The notes: generated by a model from the letters alone, not told the origin. Shown: positions 1 to 10,314, counted from the first letter of the stretch. The stretch is 64,000 bases of DNA from Paraspadella gotoi (GCA_051294375.1 CM119264.1:26570008-26634007), one strand, 5' to 3'. Program-made: numbers and translations.

Positions 1-409
1 AAATTCAATCCAGGAAAAGTGGGAGAAAAAATATAATAACCGCGATTTAATTAGTCATTATTTGGTTTCGTTTCCGCGGAAAATATTGATTGTTGACTCG
101 TGTTGAAGGAAATAAGGTCTGGTTTCCGCTCTTTTAAATATTAGCTATTGAAAATATAGTAGAAATTAATGAGGGAAACGACGACGATAATAATGACGAC
201 GACGACGACGCCCTAATGACAATGGCGAGGATTGCAACGCCTCTTGTCGCGCTGCAATTTGTCTCTCGTCCCTTCAATTCCTTTCCACCCATTTTTTTCT
301 GTCTTTTTCNNNNNNNNNNNNNNNNNNNNNNNNNNNNNNNNNNNNNNNNNNNNNNNNNNNNNNNNNNNNNNNNNNNNNNNNNNNNNNNNNNNNNNNNNNN
401 NNNNNNNNN

Positions 410-3400
410 CTTCGGAAGATGATGCACCTCCGACTCAGGAGGAGATTTCTTCTTTTCTCATCTTGTGGATGTCGAGATTCAGTCTCTTGAAACCAAGGAA
501 ATCGGATTCATTCTATCTGCCGAATATACTTGGACATGGGAGACGGGTGAAATACGCCGTGGAAGTAAGGATGCCCCCATTGCGTTCAAGACTGAATGGG
601 AATGGACATCGGCGGCCCACACGGCCAAGGATCGTCGAGCTCCGCGGGAATTCACCAGGTTACCTGTCACCGTATTAGCGTCGATGACGAGCAACTCAGC
701 CGCGAAATCAAACGTTCTTTGAAGCGGATTTTCCGCCGGCGCCATCGGCGAAGCCTCAACTAGCGTGCAAGATGACTTCGCTATGGAGCAGTTGCGGTCG
801 ACGATTGCGTTCGATGAAGACATCGGACATTGAGAGGTCGGGCTTCCTTGGAAGAAGAAGGCCGGAAAAAGGCTGCGAGATTCTCACAAATGCAATTCGT
901 CGGAGATGGCCAGGAACAGGCTCTTGAAAGCACGGCAAGGATGCGGCGAGAGCCGCTCCGCAAAGAAGGAGTCTTCAAACAGTTCCAGGAATTATCGACG
1001 AGGTCATGCAATTCGTATTGATGATCCTAAGTCCCGGACGGAGAACCCATATGGTTTGCCCACCCTATAGCGACCAGAGAAGAAGCGGCAAGTTCCGCGT
1101 TGCCATGATGCCAAGCTTCATGCGACGGATCAAGCCTCAATGATCAACTTCTCACTGGGCCCGACCTGATGAACAATCTTCTTGGAGTCCTTTTCCGCTT
1201 TCGCCGTCACGAGATCTTCTCGACTCTGATGTGTGCGGATTTTTCCATCAGTGTTTCGTCGACAAAAAGGATCGCCACGTCTTTCGATTTTGGTGGTTCG
1301 AGGACGACATACTATGGAGAGTCTCTTCTATGGGAGATGATCGTTCACGTTTTCGGCGCGAAATCGTCGCCGACGTGTGCCAGCTACGTGCTCCAGCATC
1401 ACGGCCGTACCCTTTATGGAACGGTTCCACCGGAAGTTGCTGACGCCATCAACGACTTTTAGTGGACAATTTATGCTTTACGGCGCCGACCGTTGGAGGC
1501 GGCCCGAAGTCTCCGGATCGGCATCACGGAAGCGATGAAGCGTGGAGCTTGACCTTGTATGCTGGCGGTCATCGCATAAGGAGGCGTTGGAGGATGATAC
1601 GCCTGGCGTTGAAAAGGAATGGGAAGACATCAAAACCTTCAGTGATGAGAGCGATGATAATTGGGAGAAGGTCTTAGGCGTTTGCTTTGTTTCTCACGAG
1701 ATATTTCTTCGTTCAACGCGAACAAGAAGAAGGTGGAAACTGAATCCAAACGCGTCGGCAAAATGCTCTCACTCACTAGCTCACTCTTTGATCGATGGGA
1801 TTCGTGCACCCTTCATCCTGCGTGGAAGGGAGATTTTTCAGCGGGCAACAAAAAAAAAACTCCGTGGGATGACCCGAATCAAAGAGCTTCATGCCGAGAT
1901 CAACAAGTGGCGGCAAGAGGTTGTGAAACTTACTTCCATCGAGATTCCTCGCTGGATTGCGACGAAGGAAACTACGCCATGCGGTGCCGGAGATGCACAT
2001 CTTCTGCGATGGCTCGAAGTGGGTTACGGCGTCGTAATTGTACTGTCGCGTTCGAAGTTCCATCTGAGACTCATGTGGGCTTTTTCTTTGGAGCCGTCAC
2101 GTTTAGTGCCGTTGTCTTCGAGTAAGTGTTCTCACCATGAGTCAATTCCGCGGCTGGAACTTACCGCCGCGAAACTCGCCGCCGAGCTTCGTCTATCTGT
2201 GCTGGATCAAGTTCATGAAGAATATTCGAGGGTTGTTTTCTGGACGGATTCGCATAACGTCATCAAGCAAATTCCGCGACGAGAAGTCGCGTTTTATCCC
2301 GTTTTTCAAACATCGAATCTCTCGAATTCGTGAAATTTCCGAGGTGACGAATGGAGATATGTCCCGACTGCCAAAAATCCGGGCGGATATTGCGAGTCGA
2401 GGACTATCTGCGGGAAAATGGATGATTGGATGAAGTTCTACCGTGGACCTGATTTTCTTTGGAGACCGGAATCAACTTGCGCCCGATCAAACGTGTTTGA
2501 TTTCCGTGAAAAACAGAAGATCTTCCGGGAGCGTCGCCGAGAAAAGTGCGGCTATTGACGCCCTCATCGCTTCTCCTGCCTTCATGCCCATTTTTCCGCT
2601 GATTCGTGGATGCTCGATTACGCCGCCAAGTTTTCATCTTGGGCGGCCGCGTCGCGAAAGACCGCGTTTGCTCTGCGCGTGTTGGAGACCTTTGCGTTTT
2701 GGAAAGGACTTCAACGCAATCTGCGGCCAAAGAAAATTCCTCGAATCTACATCGTCGATATTGAATCGGCAGCGGATCGCCTCATTCGCTTGATTCAATT
2801 GAAATATTTCGGTTCCGAGATGGAATTTCTTGTTGAAAATTCGGTCAACGCTCCGCAATTCGAAAGGAATTGAAATTCAAAAATTCGCCTCTTCGTAAGT
2901 TGTCTCCTTTCGTCGACAGCGGGGGAAATGCGCGTCGGCGGACGCCTTGGTAACGCGCGTCGCTTTCCTTCGAGGCGAAACATCCATCATTTTGCCTTCT
3001 GACGACGATCTAGTTCGCGCCCTTATCCGAGATGTTTCATAAGACGAGGGTCATGCGGGCATTGAGCATATCTGCAGTGAAATACGACGCAAGTACTGAT
3101 CCTCCGGGCGCGCCAAGCTGTCCGTCGAGTTCTCACCAAATGCGTCTACTGTCAAAAAACCTACAAGCCACCGGAACAACAGAAAATGGCGCCGCTTCGA
3201 GCTTCAGGACGGCCCAGGGCCGCCGTTCGCGAACGTCGCGCGTCGATGCGCTTGGGCCATTCGACATCAAGATCGGCCGTGCCCGACATAAGCGGCTGGG
3301 TGGCGCTCTTTACCTGCCTATATTCTCGCGCCGTTCATCTTGAGGAGTTATTTTCTCTCTCGACTTCGTCCTTCATAAATTGCCTTCGATGCGCGAAGGA

Positions 3401-4039
3401 ACGAAGGCGGGCATACGGCACCTCTTCAGCGATAACGCAACAAATTTCAAGGTGCCGACAAAGCTCTGCGCGACGCTATAAGGAGTGGAACCGGAACGAC
3501 AATGATAAAAAATTCCATTGTCTTGGCTTCGACTGGGATTCTCGCCGCCTCTCACGCCGCACTACAGTGAGTTTGGGAGCGGATGGTTCGCTCGGCTAAG
3601 CGACATCTCTACGCCCTACTTGGCGACAGGTCGCTGTCGATGGAGACGTTTCCCACCGTCATCAACCGGCGCCGAAGGAATCATCAATCGTCGGCCTTTA
3701 ACGCGATTAAGCAGCGATGCTCAAGACTGCCTACCTTTAACGCCAGCTGATTTATTATATCCGGGATTTAATTTCTCAATTCGAGCGACGCTTTCTCCGC
3801 GATTATCTACCTAATCTCCAACGCCGCGAACGTTGGCAAACGACGCAGCCGGATTTAAAGTCGGCCAACTCGTCCTTCTTGTTGACGAGACCAAGTCGAG
3901 GAACGAGTGGAGGCTTGGCGTTATCGAAAGGGTGCATGGCGACGACACGCACGTGCGACGCGCGTTCGTGCGGACCGCGAATGGAAAAATATTTGAACGC
4001 GATCGATCTAAGATCGTCCGTTTGGAACTAGATGAGTGA
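410..4039 (+). mobile_element. BEL/Pao LTR retrotransposon pol region (RT-RNase H-integrase), frameshifted, 5' part lost in N gap
   Basis: Colinear BEL/Pao motifs spread across frames: P.A..T..GW (~575-610), LLTGPDLMNNLLGVLFRFR, DRHVFRFWW, VHVFGAKSSPTCA, SIPRLELTAAKLA, FWTDS, ADIASRG, ALFTCLYSRAVHLE, EGIINRRPLT, PLTPADLL, and C-terminal KVGQLVLLVDE..RNEWRLGVI.....D..VR (DUF5641-like), with a stop at 4039. No LTR identified. Confidence 0.93.
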
Positions 4040-4421
4040 AAGTAAAAAACGAATACCTCATCCCTCAAAGAACTCGAACTCTTTGTGACTTTTATTCATT
4101 ATTGCCATGCATAACCGAATTTACTTTTCAGAGGCTTCGATCGAAAAACGAAATTTCGTTTTTACCCAAATTTGCTTTGATTTCGCTTCGATCGAATTTA
4201 CCCCATAGGGACTGCACCAAAACCAGAAATTCAGATTAAATGTTTTTCAGATTTGAATTTTTTGATTTTTTATTTTTACTCTTTAAGACATGATTTTTCA
4301 GAAACTGTTTTGTTTTGGTAAGTGTACAATTTTAAGAATTTATTCTTATTATTTTCAGTGTTTGAAGTAGGGTTTTTAAGAAAAATTATTTTTATTTTTA
4401 TTTTTCGATTTTCGTAAGTGC

Positions 4422-4774
4422 TGTGGATAACGGATACTATTGACATGAACTCAAAATAGGAGTGAAATATTGAACCGTATTAATAGTGAAAGTGACAGTA
4501 TCAGAATATAGAGCATCACTAGATGTCGTTAGTTTCCTATGTAAACAAGCAGTCCTGTTTCTAGGGGAAACTTATAAATAGTGGCCATTATTAGTTTAGT
4601 GATGTAGAATAGATAATGTGGAAATATCAACATCTAACATGTAAAAGAGCCCGATGGCGAAATGGTTATAATACTTTATTATGGCCATGAAGTTACGGGT
4701 TCGAATCTTGGTAAAGGCATTCTATTTTCAAAAGGGAAAATGGGGAATTTTTTATTAAAGAGAATAAGGCTACA
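4422..4774 (-). repeat. 3' LTR of Gypsy element
   Basis: TGTGGATAAC...GGCTACA, near-identical to 10327-10684 (differences mostly small indels), adjacent to the PPT. Confidence 0.95.
4649..4719 (+). promoter_or_regulatory. tRNA-like Pol III cassette (A box and B box) inside the 3' LTR, antisense to the element
   Basis: A box TGGCGAAATGG at 4655-4665 fits TRGCNNARYGG. B box GGTTCGAATC at 4698-4707. GCC...GGCA ends about 71 nt apart, TTTT at 4725-4728. Confidence 0.7.
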
Positions 4775-4782
4775 CGCCCCCC
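4775..4782 (-). promoter_or_regulatory. Polypurine tract of Gypsy element
   Basis: Minus strand GGGGGGCG directly abuts the TGTAGCC start of the 3' LTR. Confidence 0.8.
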
Positions 4783-5187
4783 AGACTAAAAGTGGGCGAA
4801 AAACTTTTTCCACGATTTTAGTCTAAGTAAATTTGGTTATCAAAAGTAACGTTTTGCCAAGATAAAATATTTTTGGATTTTCGATATCCGAAATTTCAGT
4901 TTGACAATGTAAAATGTTTTCAAAAATACAAACTACATCAAGTTTGGTTGTATAACACGTTTGGTGTTCAACAGAGAGTAAATTACTTTGTAAGTTAACA
5001 ATTTGTTAGTAATAATTACTAATGATCGGATATAGGTAAACGAAAAGTTATCGACTTTTTTCGATACACTTTGTAACAATGTGAAAAAATGTAAAACGAT
5101 TTTCTAAAGGAAATGAAATTGGCTAAACTTATGTTATATGAAAAGATAGATTTGTAAAATTTGTGGGATGAATAAAAGTTGATCCGT

Positions 5188-8100
5188 TTAGTTGTTGCTG
5201 TTAGATGAATCTTTGTTTAATTGTTGGAGTAGCTTGGAGAGGACGGGTGCATATGAATGCCGTATTGGAAAGGCGCCGCCCGTTGACGCTCGAGGTAACT
5301 CCGCTCGTTGAGATAAATTCTCTGGAGTGGGGAGTGAAAATTGGACGAGGGGAGAGGTGGGTTTCGGAGGGGATCGAGGACGAGGTAGGGGAGGGAAATC
5401 GATGTCGAATTGTTTGTTTCTCTCTTTATTTGCCTCGTCGCTATTATCGTCGTCGTCGCCGCCTGTTTTGATTTCATCGCGATTATTTACAATATTGTTT
5501 ACATTCGATGTTTCATTTGTTTCGCGAGGCGGGGGCGAGGTAGGAGGGGGAAGGGCAACCAGAGGAGGAGGAGGAGCGGATGAGTTCAAGCGGTTTGACG
5601 ATCTCAAAATTCTCGTCGAAGTTGGAGGGATACGAGTTCGTAATCCTGGTGGGCGGCCGCGGGGGCGGGGGGTGGGGGGTGGAGAAGGTGAGTTGGGCTC
5701 AGAATTGTTGTCGAAATCTTCCCACGCTGGTTTTAATCTAGAAATTGATACATTTTCGGTTCCTCTGCCTGGGAGTTCGATTTTGAAAGTGAGTTCTTCG
5801 CGTGAGATGACGCGGTAGGGACCAAGATATGGCGCTGACAATGAGGGGGCCACGCCCCCCCGACGAACAAAAACGTAAGAGGCTTGACGGAGGTTGTTCG
5901 GAATGTGAACCTGAGGGCGTCGGTGTGCCGAGGTTGCCGTCGGTTGTAGTCGAGCGATCTCGAGGCGCAGATTGGCGAGTAGGCGACGTCGTTGGCGAGT
6001 CTCGTCTGCATCATTTCCGGTTTGGGCCGGAAGTAGCGTTCCTGGGACCGCGATTGATTCGCCGTAAACCATTTCGGCCGGCGATGCGCCGATGTCGGGT
6101 TTTAGAGTGGTTCTGATGGCTAATAACGAGCATGGAAGTTTCCAAAACCATTCGGTTCGAGTTTCGGCGCCGAGAGCGATCAACGATTCTTTTAAACGGC
6201 GGTGGAATCGCTCCACCAGACCGTTTGATTGAGGGTGATACGCGGTTGTTAATTGATGTTTTATTCCCCATGCGCGGAGTAATTGTGTCCAGGTCGCTGA
6301 GAGGAATTGAGAACCGCGATCTGTGGTTATAGTTGACGGGACTCCAAAAGAGGAGATCCAACCATGCGTCAAGGCGTCGACGACAGTCTTGGCGGATATG
6401 TCCTTTATTGGTATAGCGGCTGGCCATCGAGTAAATCGATCTACTATTGTTAGGACATAATTAAAACCGTTTGAAGGAGGAAGGTGGACGAGGTCGACGT
6501 GTAGGTGGTTGAATCGGCGGTCGGGAAGTTGGAATTGGCCGAGTTCTGGAGTCGTGTTTTTGGTCACTTTGGCCCGTTGGCAATCGATGCATTCACGAGC
6601 CCATTTGCTGACGTCGGCGCGCATGGTTGGCCAAACGAACTTGTCGCCGATGGTTTGTCGAGTGCGATCGACGCCGGGGTGGCCAAGGCCATGGACGGCG
6701 TCGAAAATCCTTCGGCGCCAAATGAAAGGGACAAAAGGTCGAATTGGGCCGTTGCTCACGTCGACAATGATCTCGCGAGTGCCGATTGGGACGCGGCGAA
6801 AACGTAGGCCAGATTGGGCGTCGCTGGAGATGCGTTGGTAGTCGGCGTCCAAGGGTTGGTCAGCGGCGAGTTGTTCGAGGTCGATTCCGTGTTGAGTAAT
6901 GGCGCAAACAATGGCGTTGAAAGTTGTTTGCTTTTCCTCTGGTACTGGTTTTGTAATCGTGGCCACTATGGGAGGGGGTGGTGGGTTTTGGGGTAAGGAT
7001 AGAGAGGGAAAGAGAGGAGGGGGGGTAGAGTCGGGGGAGGGAGAGGGAGAAGAGAAGGTAGTGGCACTTTGTGTATTAGGTCTTGACAAAGCATCCGCGA
7101 CTACATTTGCTTTGCCTGCCAGATATCTGATGTCGGTTGTGTACTCGGCTATTCCCGCGAGTTGATAAGTCTGGCGGGCAGTGTGAGGTTCCGATTTTTT
7201 TGCGAGCGCAGGGATGAGAGACTTGTGATCAGTGTAGAGGGTGAAGTTTTGCCCCTCTATCATTGGACGAAAATGACGAACTGCTCTGAAAGCGGCGCAC
7301 AATTCCCTATCAAAGGGCGGCCACTTTTGCTGATTTGGTTGCAGTTTGGCTGAAAAAAATGAGAGAGGCTCCCATCCGGTAGGACCGCGCTGTTCCAGGA
7401 CGGCTCCTATAGCCGTATTGGATGCATCGGAGGTGATTGCCAGCTGTGCTCCGGCTCTTGGATGGCGGAGCATGACGGCTTTGGTGAGTGCCTGTTTGGT
7501 GGCTTCGAAAGAGGCTTGACATTTTTCATCCCATTTCAACACCTTTGGCTTGCTCTTGAGGGCTTCAAAGAGCGGATACATATGGAATGCTGACCTTGGA
7601 ATGAATCTCCTGTAATAGTTGATCATTCCAAGGAACCTTTGAAGTTCCTTGATGGTCGTTGGAGGTGTTGTCTTTTGGATGGCCTCGATTCTGTCGGGAA
7701 GTGGAGCTATGCCTTGGGAAGTCACGTGATATCCAAGAAACTCGAGCGACGGTTTCCCGAAAACGCATTTTTTCCGGTTTATAACCAGGCCGTTCTCGTG
7801 AAGGATTTCGAAAACTTCCTTCAGGTGTTTCTCGTGCTCTTGATGATTGTGTGAAGCAACGAGGATATCGTCTATATAGACGAATACGTGGGGAAGATCA
7901 GCTAGGATTTCATCCATTAAGCGCTGAAAATCCTGCCCCGCGTTTTTCAGTCCGAAGGGTGTGCGTGGGAAAACAAATAGGCCGAAGGGAGCTATGACTC
8001 CAGTCTTCTTGACATGCTCTTCGGCTACGGGTATTTGATGATAACCCTTGAGCAAATCGATTTTACTAAAAACTTTTTTCCCGGATAAATTCGCGTTGAA

Positions 8101-8886
8101 ATCGTTTAAAGTCTTTACTGGGTATTTATCATCAACTGTGATGTTGTTGAGTCGCCTATAGTCACCACAGATTCTGTAACCACCGTCAGGTTTGTTTACA
8201 ACTAACAGTGGTGATGCCCACTCACTTTTGGCGCGTTCGGCTATTCCTAATTCACAGAGTTTTTCGAATTCTGCTTTAGCCACGGCAAGTTTGTCGGGGG
8301 CTAGGCGACGAGCTTGTGATTGTACTGGGCGACCTTCGGTAGGGATGTAATGTCTTACACCATGTTTGGGTTCTTTCAGCTTGAAAGAAGGATTGCAAAG
8401 GTCTGGGTATTGGTCTAACAGCTTATAATAAGGATCATCTAGTTGGTCGACATAGTTTATTCTAGAGATCGATTCTAATGGAGAATGTTGGGCTTGTAAA
8501 ACTGAGAAGTCTTGCAGGTCTAATAAAATACCATCTCGATGGTTTGGGGCAAGATAATGCTCGGCGAGAAAATCTGCGCCGAGTATTGGTTGAGAGACGT
8601 CCGCTATGGTGACAGTGAATGGGAAAATTCTTCCATCCAGATGGACCTGTACATCTTTGACACCATAACAGGAGATTGGGGTTCCATTCGCGGCCTGCAA
8701 TTTTGTTTGGTTTACTCCTCGTTTTCTATCTTCTTGGTTTGGTGGGACGATGGAGACTAGGGCGCCTCCGTCGATCAACCAGTCGCAGTCATTTGTAGCA
8801 TCGTGAACGAAGAGTAAAGTTCCGCTATCTGAATTTTGGCCGGAGGGGACGGCGTTCACCTCCGTCCTCCGGCCCGAGAGTTTTCC
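5188..8886 (-). CDS. pol: Gypsy Pol polyprotein (aspartic protease, RT, RNase H, integrase with GPY/F and a long Pro-rich tail), probably made by -1 frameshift from gag
   Basis: Uninterrupted 1242-aa ORF (5188-8916): WLIDGGA, ILGADFL, SKIDLLKGYHQ, PFGLKNA, YIDD, TSDAS, DRELCA, LYTDH, NVVADALSR, HHCC zinc finger, D..D..E integrase core (HVDL, TTDRG, VER), APYLGPY. Confidence 0.95.
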   Translation of the reverse strand, partial: GKLSGRRTEVNAVPSGQNSDSGTLLFVHDATNDCDWLIDGGALVSIVPPNQEDRKRGVNQTKLQAANGTPISCYGVKDVQVHLDGRIFPFTVTIADVSQPILGADFLAEHYLAPNHRDGILLDLQDFSVLQAQHSPLESISRINYVDQLDDPYYKLLDQYPDLCNPSFKLKEPKHGVRHYIPTEGRPVQSQARRLAPDKLAVAKAEFEKLCELGIAERAKSEWASPLLVVNKPDGGYRICGDYRRLNNITVDDKYPVKTLNDFNANLSGKKVFSKIDLLKGYHQIPVAEEHVKKTGVIAPFGLFVFPRTPFGLKNAGQDFQRLMDEILADLPHVFVYIDDILVASHNHQEHEKHLKEVFEILHENGLVINRKKCVFGKPSLEFLGYHVTSQGIAPLPDRIEAIQKTTPPTTIKELQRFLGMINYYRRFIPRSAFHMYPLFEALKSKPKVLKWDEKCQASFEATKQALTKAVMLRHPRAGAQLAITSDASNTAIGAVLEQRGPTGWEPLSFFSAKLQPNQQKWPPFDRELCAAFRAVRHFRPMIEGQNFTLYTDHKSLIPALAKKSEPHTARQTYQLAGIAEYTTDIRYLAGKANVVADALSRPNTQSATTFSSPSPSPDSTPPPLFPSLSLPQNPPPPPIVATITKPVPEEKQTTFNAIVCAITQHGIDLEQLAADQPLDADYQRISSDAQSGLRFRRVPIGTREIIVDVSNGPIRPFVPFIWRRRIFDAVHGLGHPGVDRTRQTIGDKFVWPTMRADVSKWARECIDCQRAKVTKNTTPELGQFQLPDRRFNHLHVDLVHLPPSNGFNYVLTIVDRFTRWPAAIPIKDISAKTVVDALTHGWISSFGVPSTITTDRGSQFLSATWTQLLRAWGIKHQLTTAYHPQSNGLVERFHRRLKESLIALGAETRTEWFWKLPCSLLAIRTTLKPDIGASPAEMVYGESIAVPGTLLPAQTGNDADETRQRRRLLANLRLEIARLQPTATSAHRRPQVHIPNNLRQASYVFVRRGGVAPSLSAPYLGPYRVISREELTFKIELPGRGTENVSISRLKPAWEDFDNNSEPNSPSPPPTPRPRGRPPGLRTRIPPTSTRILRSSNRLNSSAPPPPLVALPPPTSPPPRETNETSNVNNIVNNRDEIKTGGDDDDNSDEANKERNKQFDIDFPPLPRPRSPPKPTSPLVQFSLPTPENLSQRAELPRASTGGAFPIRHSYAPVLSKLLQQLNKDSSNSNN
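8838..8886 (-). promoter_or_regulatory. -1 ribosomal frameshift signal (slippery site plus stem-loop)
   Basis: Minus strand G_GAA_AAC (8886-8880), 5-nt spacer, then GGCCGGAGGACGG/CCGT(CC)CCTCCGGCC 13-bp stem with a 9-nt loop. Pol is in the -1 frame relative to gag. Confidence 0.8.
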
Positions 8887-9962
8887 GCCTTCTGCTTGTA
8901 GCAGCCTGGTTCGCAATTCTTTGCGGAGTCGCCGAACATCTTATGGTAGTAACAGACCTCAACGGAGTATGTTTTGGATGTGTTGGGCTGTGAAGTGGTC
9001 GGTCGGCTCGACTGAGGCCTTCGATTGTTGCCTCTCTGCGGCTGTGTTGGGCGGCGGAAAGGCTGCTGCTGCCTGCTGCGGTTAATCGCATTGATTGGGT
9101 CCGCGGCGTTGTCTGAATCGTCGGACATGAGTGGTGGAATCGCGGCGTTGACATTAAACGAAGTGTTGGAGCCGTGGAGAGTTTGACCTTCGCGGTCAAA
9201 GTATGAATCTGCCACTTGTGCTGCTGTTTCAGCGTCTACCTTCTCCACTCTCTCTGCCAGGTTGCGCTGGACTTCAATTGGCAATTCGCGCAGCAACCAC
9301 TCTTTCATGATGTCGTCCACAGTGACCTCGCCGGCCCTCTCCTTCATAATCGCCAGAAGTTGAGAAGGGCGGCGTCCTTCTCTGCGGATGCCGTCGATGA
9401 GCGTCGCTGCCTGTTGGGATCGAGTACGACCATATTCAGCCTTTAGGTAGTTGATGAAATGCCTCCATCGTTCCTCGGTCGGTTCGCCAAAGAGAAATGA
9501 GTTGATCCGGGGATTGAAATCAACCGCAAACTTGTCTTCAAGATGTGCGAACTTTTCTTTTGGTGTCGAGATGTTTGCGCGGGTGTAAGCGGCGTCGACG
9601 CGGCGAATCCACAGTTCGACGTTGTCGGCGTCGAAATCAGGAAGCTTAGGCTTCTTGAGAGTTGCGCTCTGAAAGGTTGAGGCGAAAGAAGCAGCGATGG
9701 TTCGCATCAGCTCGGCCTGAGGATCCGGCGCTGCTGCCATGATGGCGTCGTCGACCGCGTCCTCGAAGTTTGGCGATGGAGGGAGAGGAAATTGTTTTGG
9801 AATGACGTCGAGATTCGGCGATGTTGACGCTGATCGGCGCCCGCGGCCGAATCCAAGAGGAATGTTTGGAGGAAAGAGAAAAGCCGGGTCAACGTTCGTG
9901 GCGTCGCTGTTGGCGGCGGCGAGGCGTCGCCCGCTGCGAAGTTCTCTGTCGCTCCCGCTCAT
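8856..9962 (-). CDS. gag: Gypsy Gag (CsRn1-type, CHCC nucleocapsid motif)
   Basis: 368-aa ORF with KLPDF....VELW, PSQLL, WLRELP and CYYHKMFGDSAKNCEPGC (8954-8901), located between the PBS and pol. Confidence 0.92.
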   Translation of the reverse strand: MSGSDRELRSGRRLAAANSDATNVDPAFLFPPNIPLGFGRGRRSASTSPNLDVIPKQFPLPPSPNFEDAVDDAIMAAAPDPQAELMRTIAASFASTFQSATLKKPKLPDFDADNVELWIRRVDAAYTRANISTPKEKFAHLEDKFAVDFNPRINSFLFGEPTEERWRHFINYLKAEYGRTRSQQAATLIDGIRREGRRPSQLLAIMKERAGEVTVDDIMKEWLLRELPIEVQRNLAERVEKVDAETAAQVADSYFDREGQTLHGSNTSFNVNAAIPPLMSDDSDNAADPINAINRSRQQQPFRRPTQPQRGNNRRPQSSRPTTSQPNTSKTYSVEVCYYHKMFGDSAKNCEPGCYKQKAENSRAGGRR

Positions 9963-10314
9963 CCGTTGGCGCCGGGGGAATCAAGAGTCGGCGCCGGCAG
10001 ATTGATGGTTTCGATGGGGTTGCGGGGGAGTGGGGAAAAGGCGAAAAGGGGTGTCAGAGAAAAAGGCAAGGACGCCTAATATTCAGTCTACACTGTCTTG
10101 CCTACCTGAGGAAAAATTGTCTTCAGTGAAGGCGCCTGTCTAGGTTGTCCAATGATTGAGATGTCGAAGAGAATTCGATTTATTTGTTTTTAATTTGGAT
10201 TTCTTTATTATTATAATTGGCATTGAGTTTATTAGTTAGGCAAGCTTAGTTAAGCATTAGGCAGAAGGATTGATGGGTAAAAATCAGAAGGTTGGCTTAA
10301 TTTTCAGAAAGGAA

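Noticed and set aside
4649-4719. Functional tRNA gene
   Set aside because: Acceptor and T stems pair poorly and the anticodon loop differs between LTR copies. Retained only as a tRNA-like promoter cassette.
4790-5187. env or extra ORF after Gypsy pol
   Set aside because: About 400 bp of AT-rich sequence with no ORF. Treated as 3' UTR.
5205-10129. Plus-strand ORFs overlapping gag/pol
   Set aside because: Antisense shadows of GC-rich coding sequence with no motifs.
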